The notes beneath the pieces are model-generated. The model worked only from the letters and a program-made list of their open reading frames with translations. It was not told where the DNA came from and did no database searches. Below are positions 63,667 through 64,000 of a DNA stretch of 64,000 nt, piece by piece. The stretch comes from Thalia democratica (taxonomy: Eukaryota): NCBI GenBank assembly GCA_965202585.1, contig OZ241827.1:71796001-71860000 (forward strand). Direction: 5' to 3'. Numbering within the stretch: the first letter of the stretch is position 1; each line of letters starts with the position of its first letter. A program made the translations under genes and the position numbers.

Positions 63667-64000
63667 GTCTATTTCATTTGTGCTAAACTAAAATACAACT
63701 GCAGTGAAAAGTATCAATAAAAGTTAAAATATTTATATTAGTTTAAAAAAAATGTTTATTTGTTTCTTACACTTGCTTCCTTTTCTAGCAACTCAAAAAT
63801 ACTTTGCCAAATTTGTGTTACTTAGTAAAAAGAGCATAATAAAAACTAAGCAAAATTTATTTTATTTTATAAAGTAACAGTGTAGTTTTATTTGTCAAAA
63901 TTGTAATAAACAAGTAAAAATAATTACTTTTGAAAAATTAAAATAATATACAACAAAGCTTATTAGAATAGGTAATACTTTATGCACTGCTTAAGAAGAA

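Noticed and set aside
1-64000. tRNA, rRNA, snoRNA or autonomous transposase/RT genes
   Set aside because: No recognisable cloverleaf, rRNA motif, paired C/D or H/ACA architecture, or long ORF seen by eye; an Infernal/tRNAscan run would be needed to exclude small ncRNAs

Overview
AT-rich animal genomic DNA; the species cannot be named from the sequence, though an invertebrate such as a tunicate is plausible. (1) A complete 30-exon class II phosphatidylinositol transfer protein gene (rdgB / PITPNM1-2 / Nir2-3 family: PITP domain, FFAT-like motif, DDHD, LNS2) lies on the minus strand from ATG 63666 to TAA 23615. The exons join in frame by hand to about 1188 aa, and all 29 introns are GT-AG. (2) Immediately downstream (about 1-21345, continuing off the left edge) lies a diverged partial tandem copy ('copy A') of the segment ~32482-57480 ('copy B'). 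Its exons show mostly synonymous divergence, yet it carries a premature stop, three 1-nt frameshifts, a deleted DDHD exon and a probably decayed FFAT exon. (3) Comparing A with B exposes constrained intronic elements. The best is a candidate two-exon antisense microprotein gene (~39 aa) nested in intron 13 and intact in both copies. Others are a promoter-like CpG-rich block, a perfectly conserved hairpin, a 29-bp motif array and candidate poison micro-exons. (4) The gene also shows a GTTNGT-dominated 5' splice-site consensus, recurrent short duplications across exon edges, a possible CaaX-ending alternative C-terminus and several MITE-like insertions. All coordinates, counts and alignments were made by eye; no searches were run.
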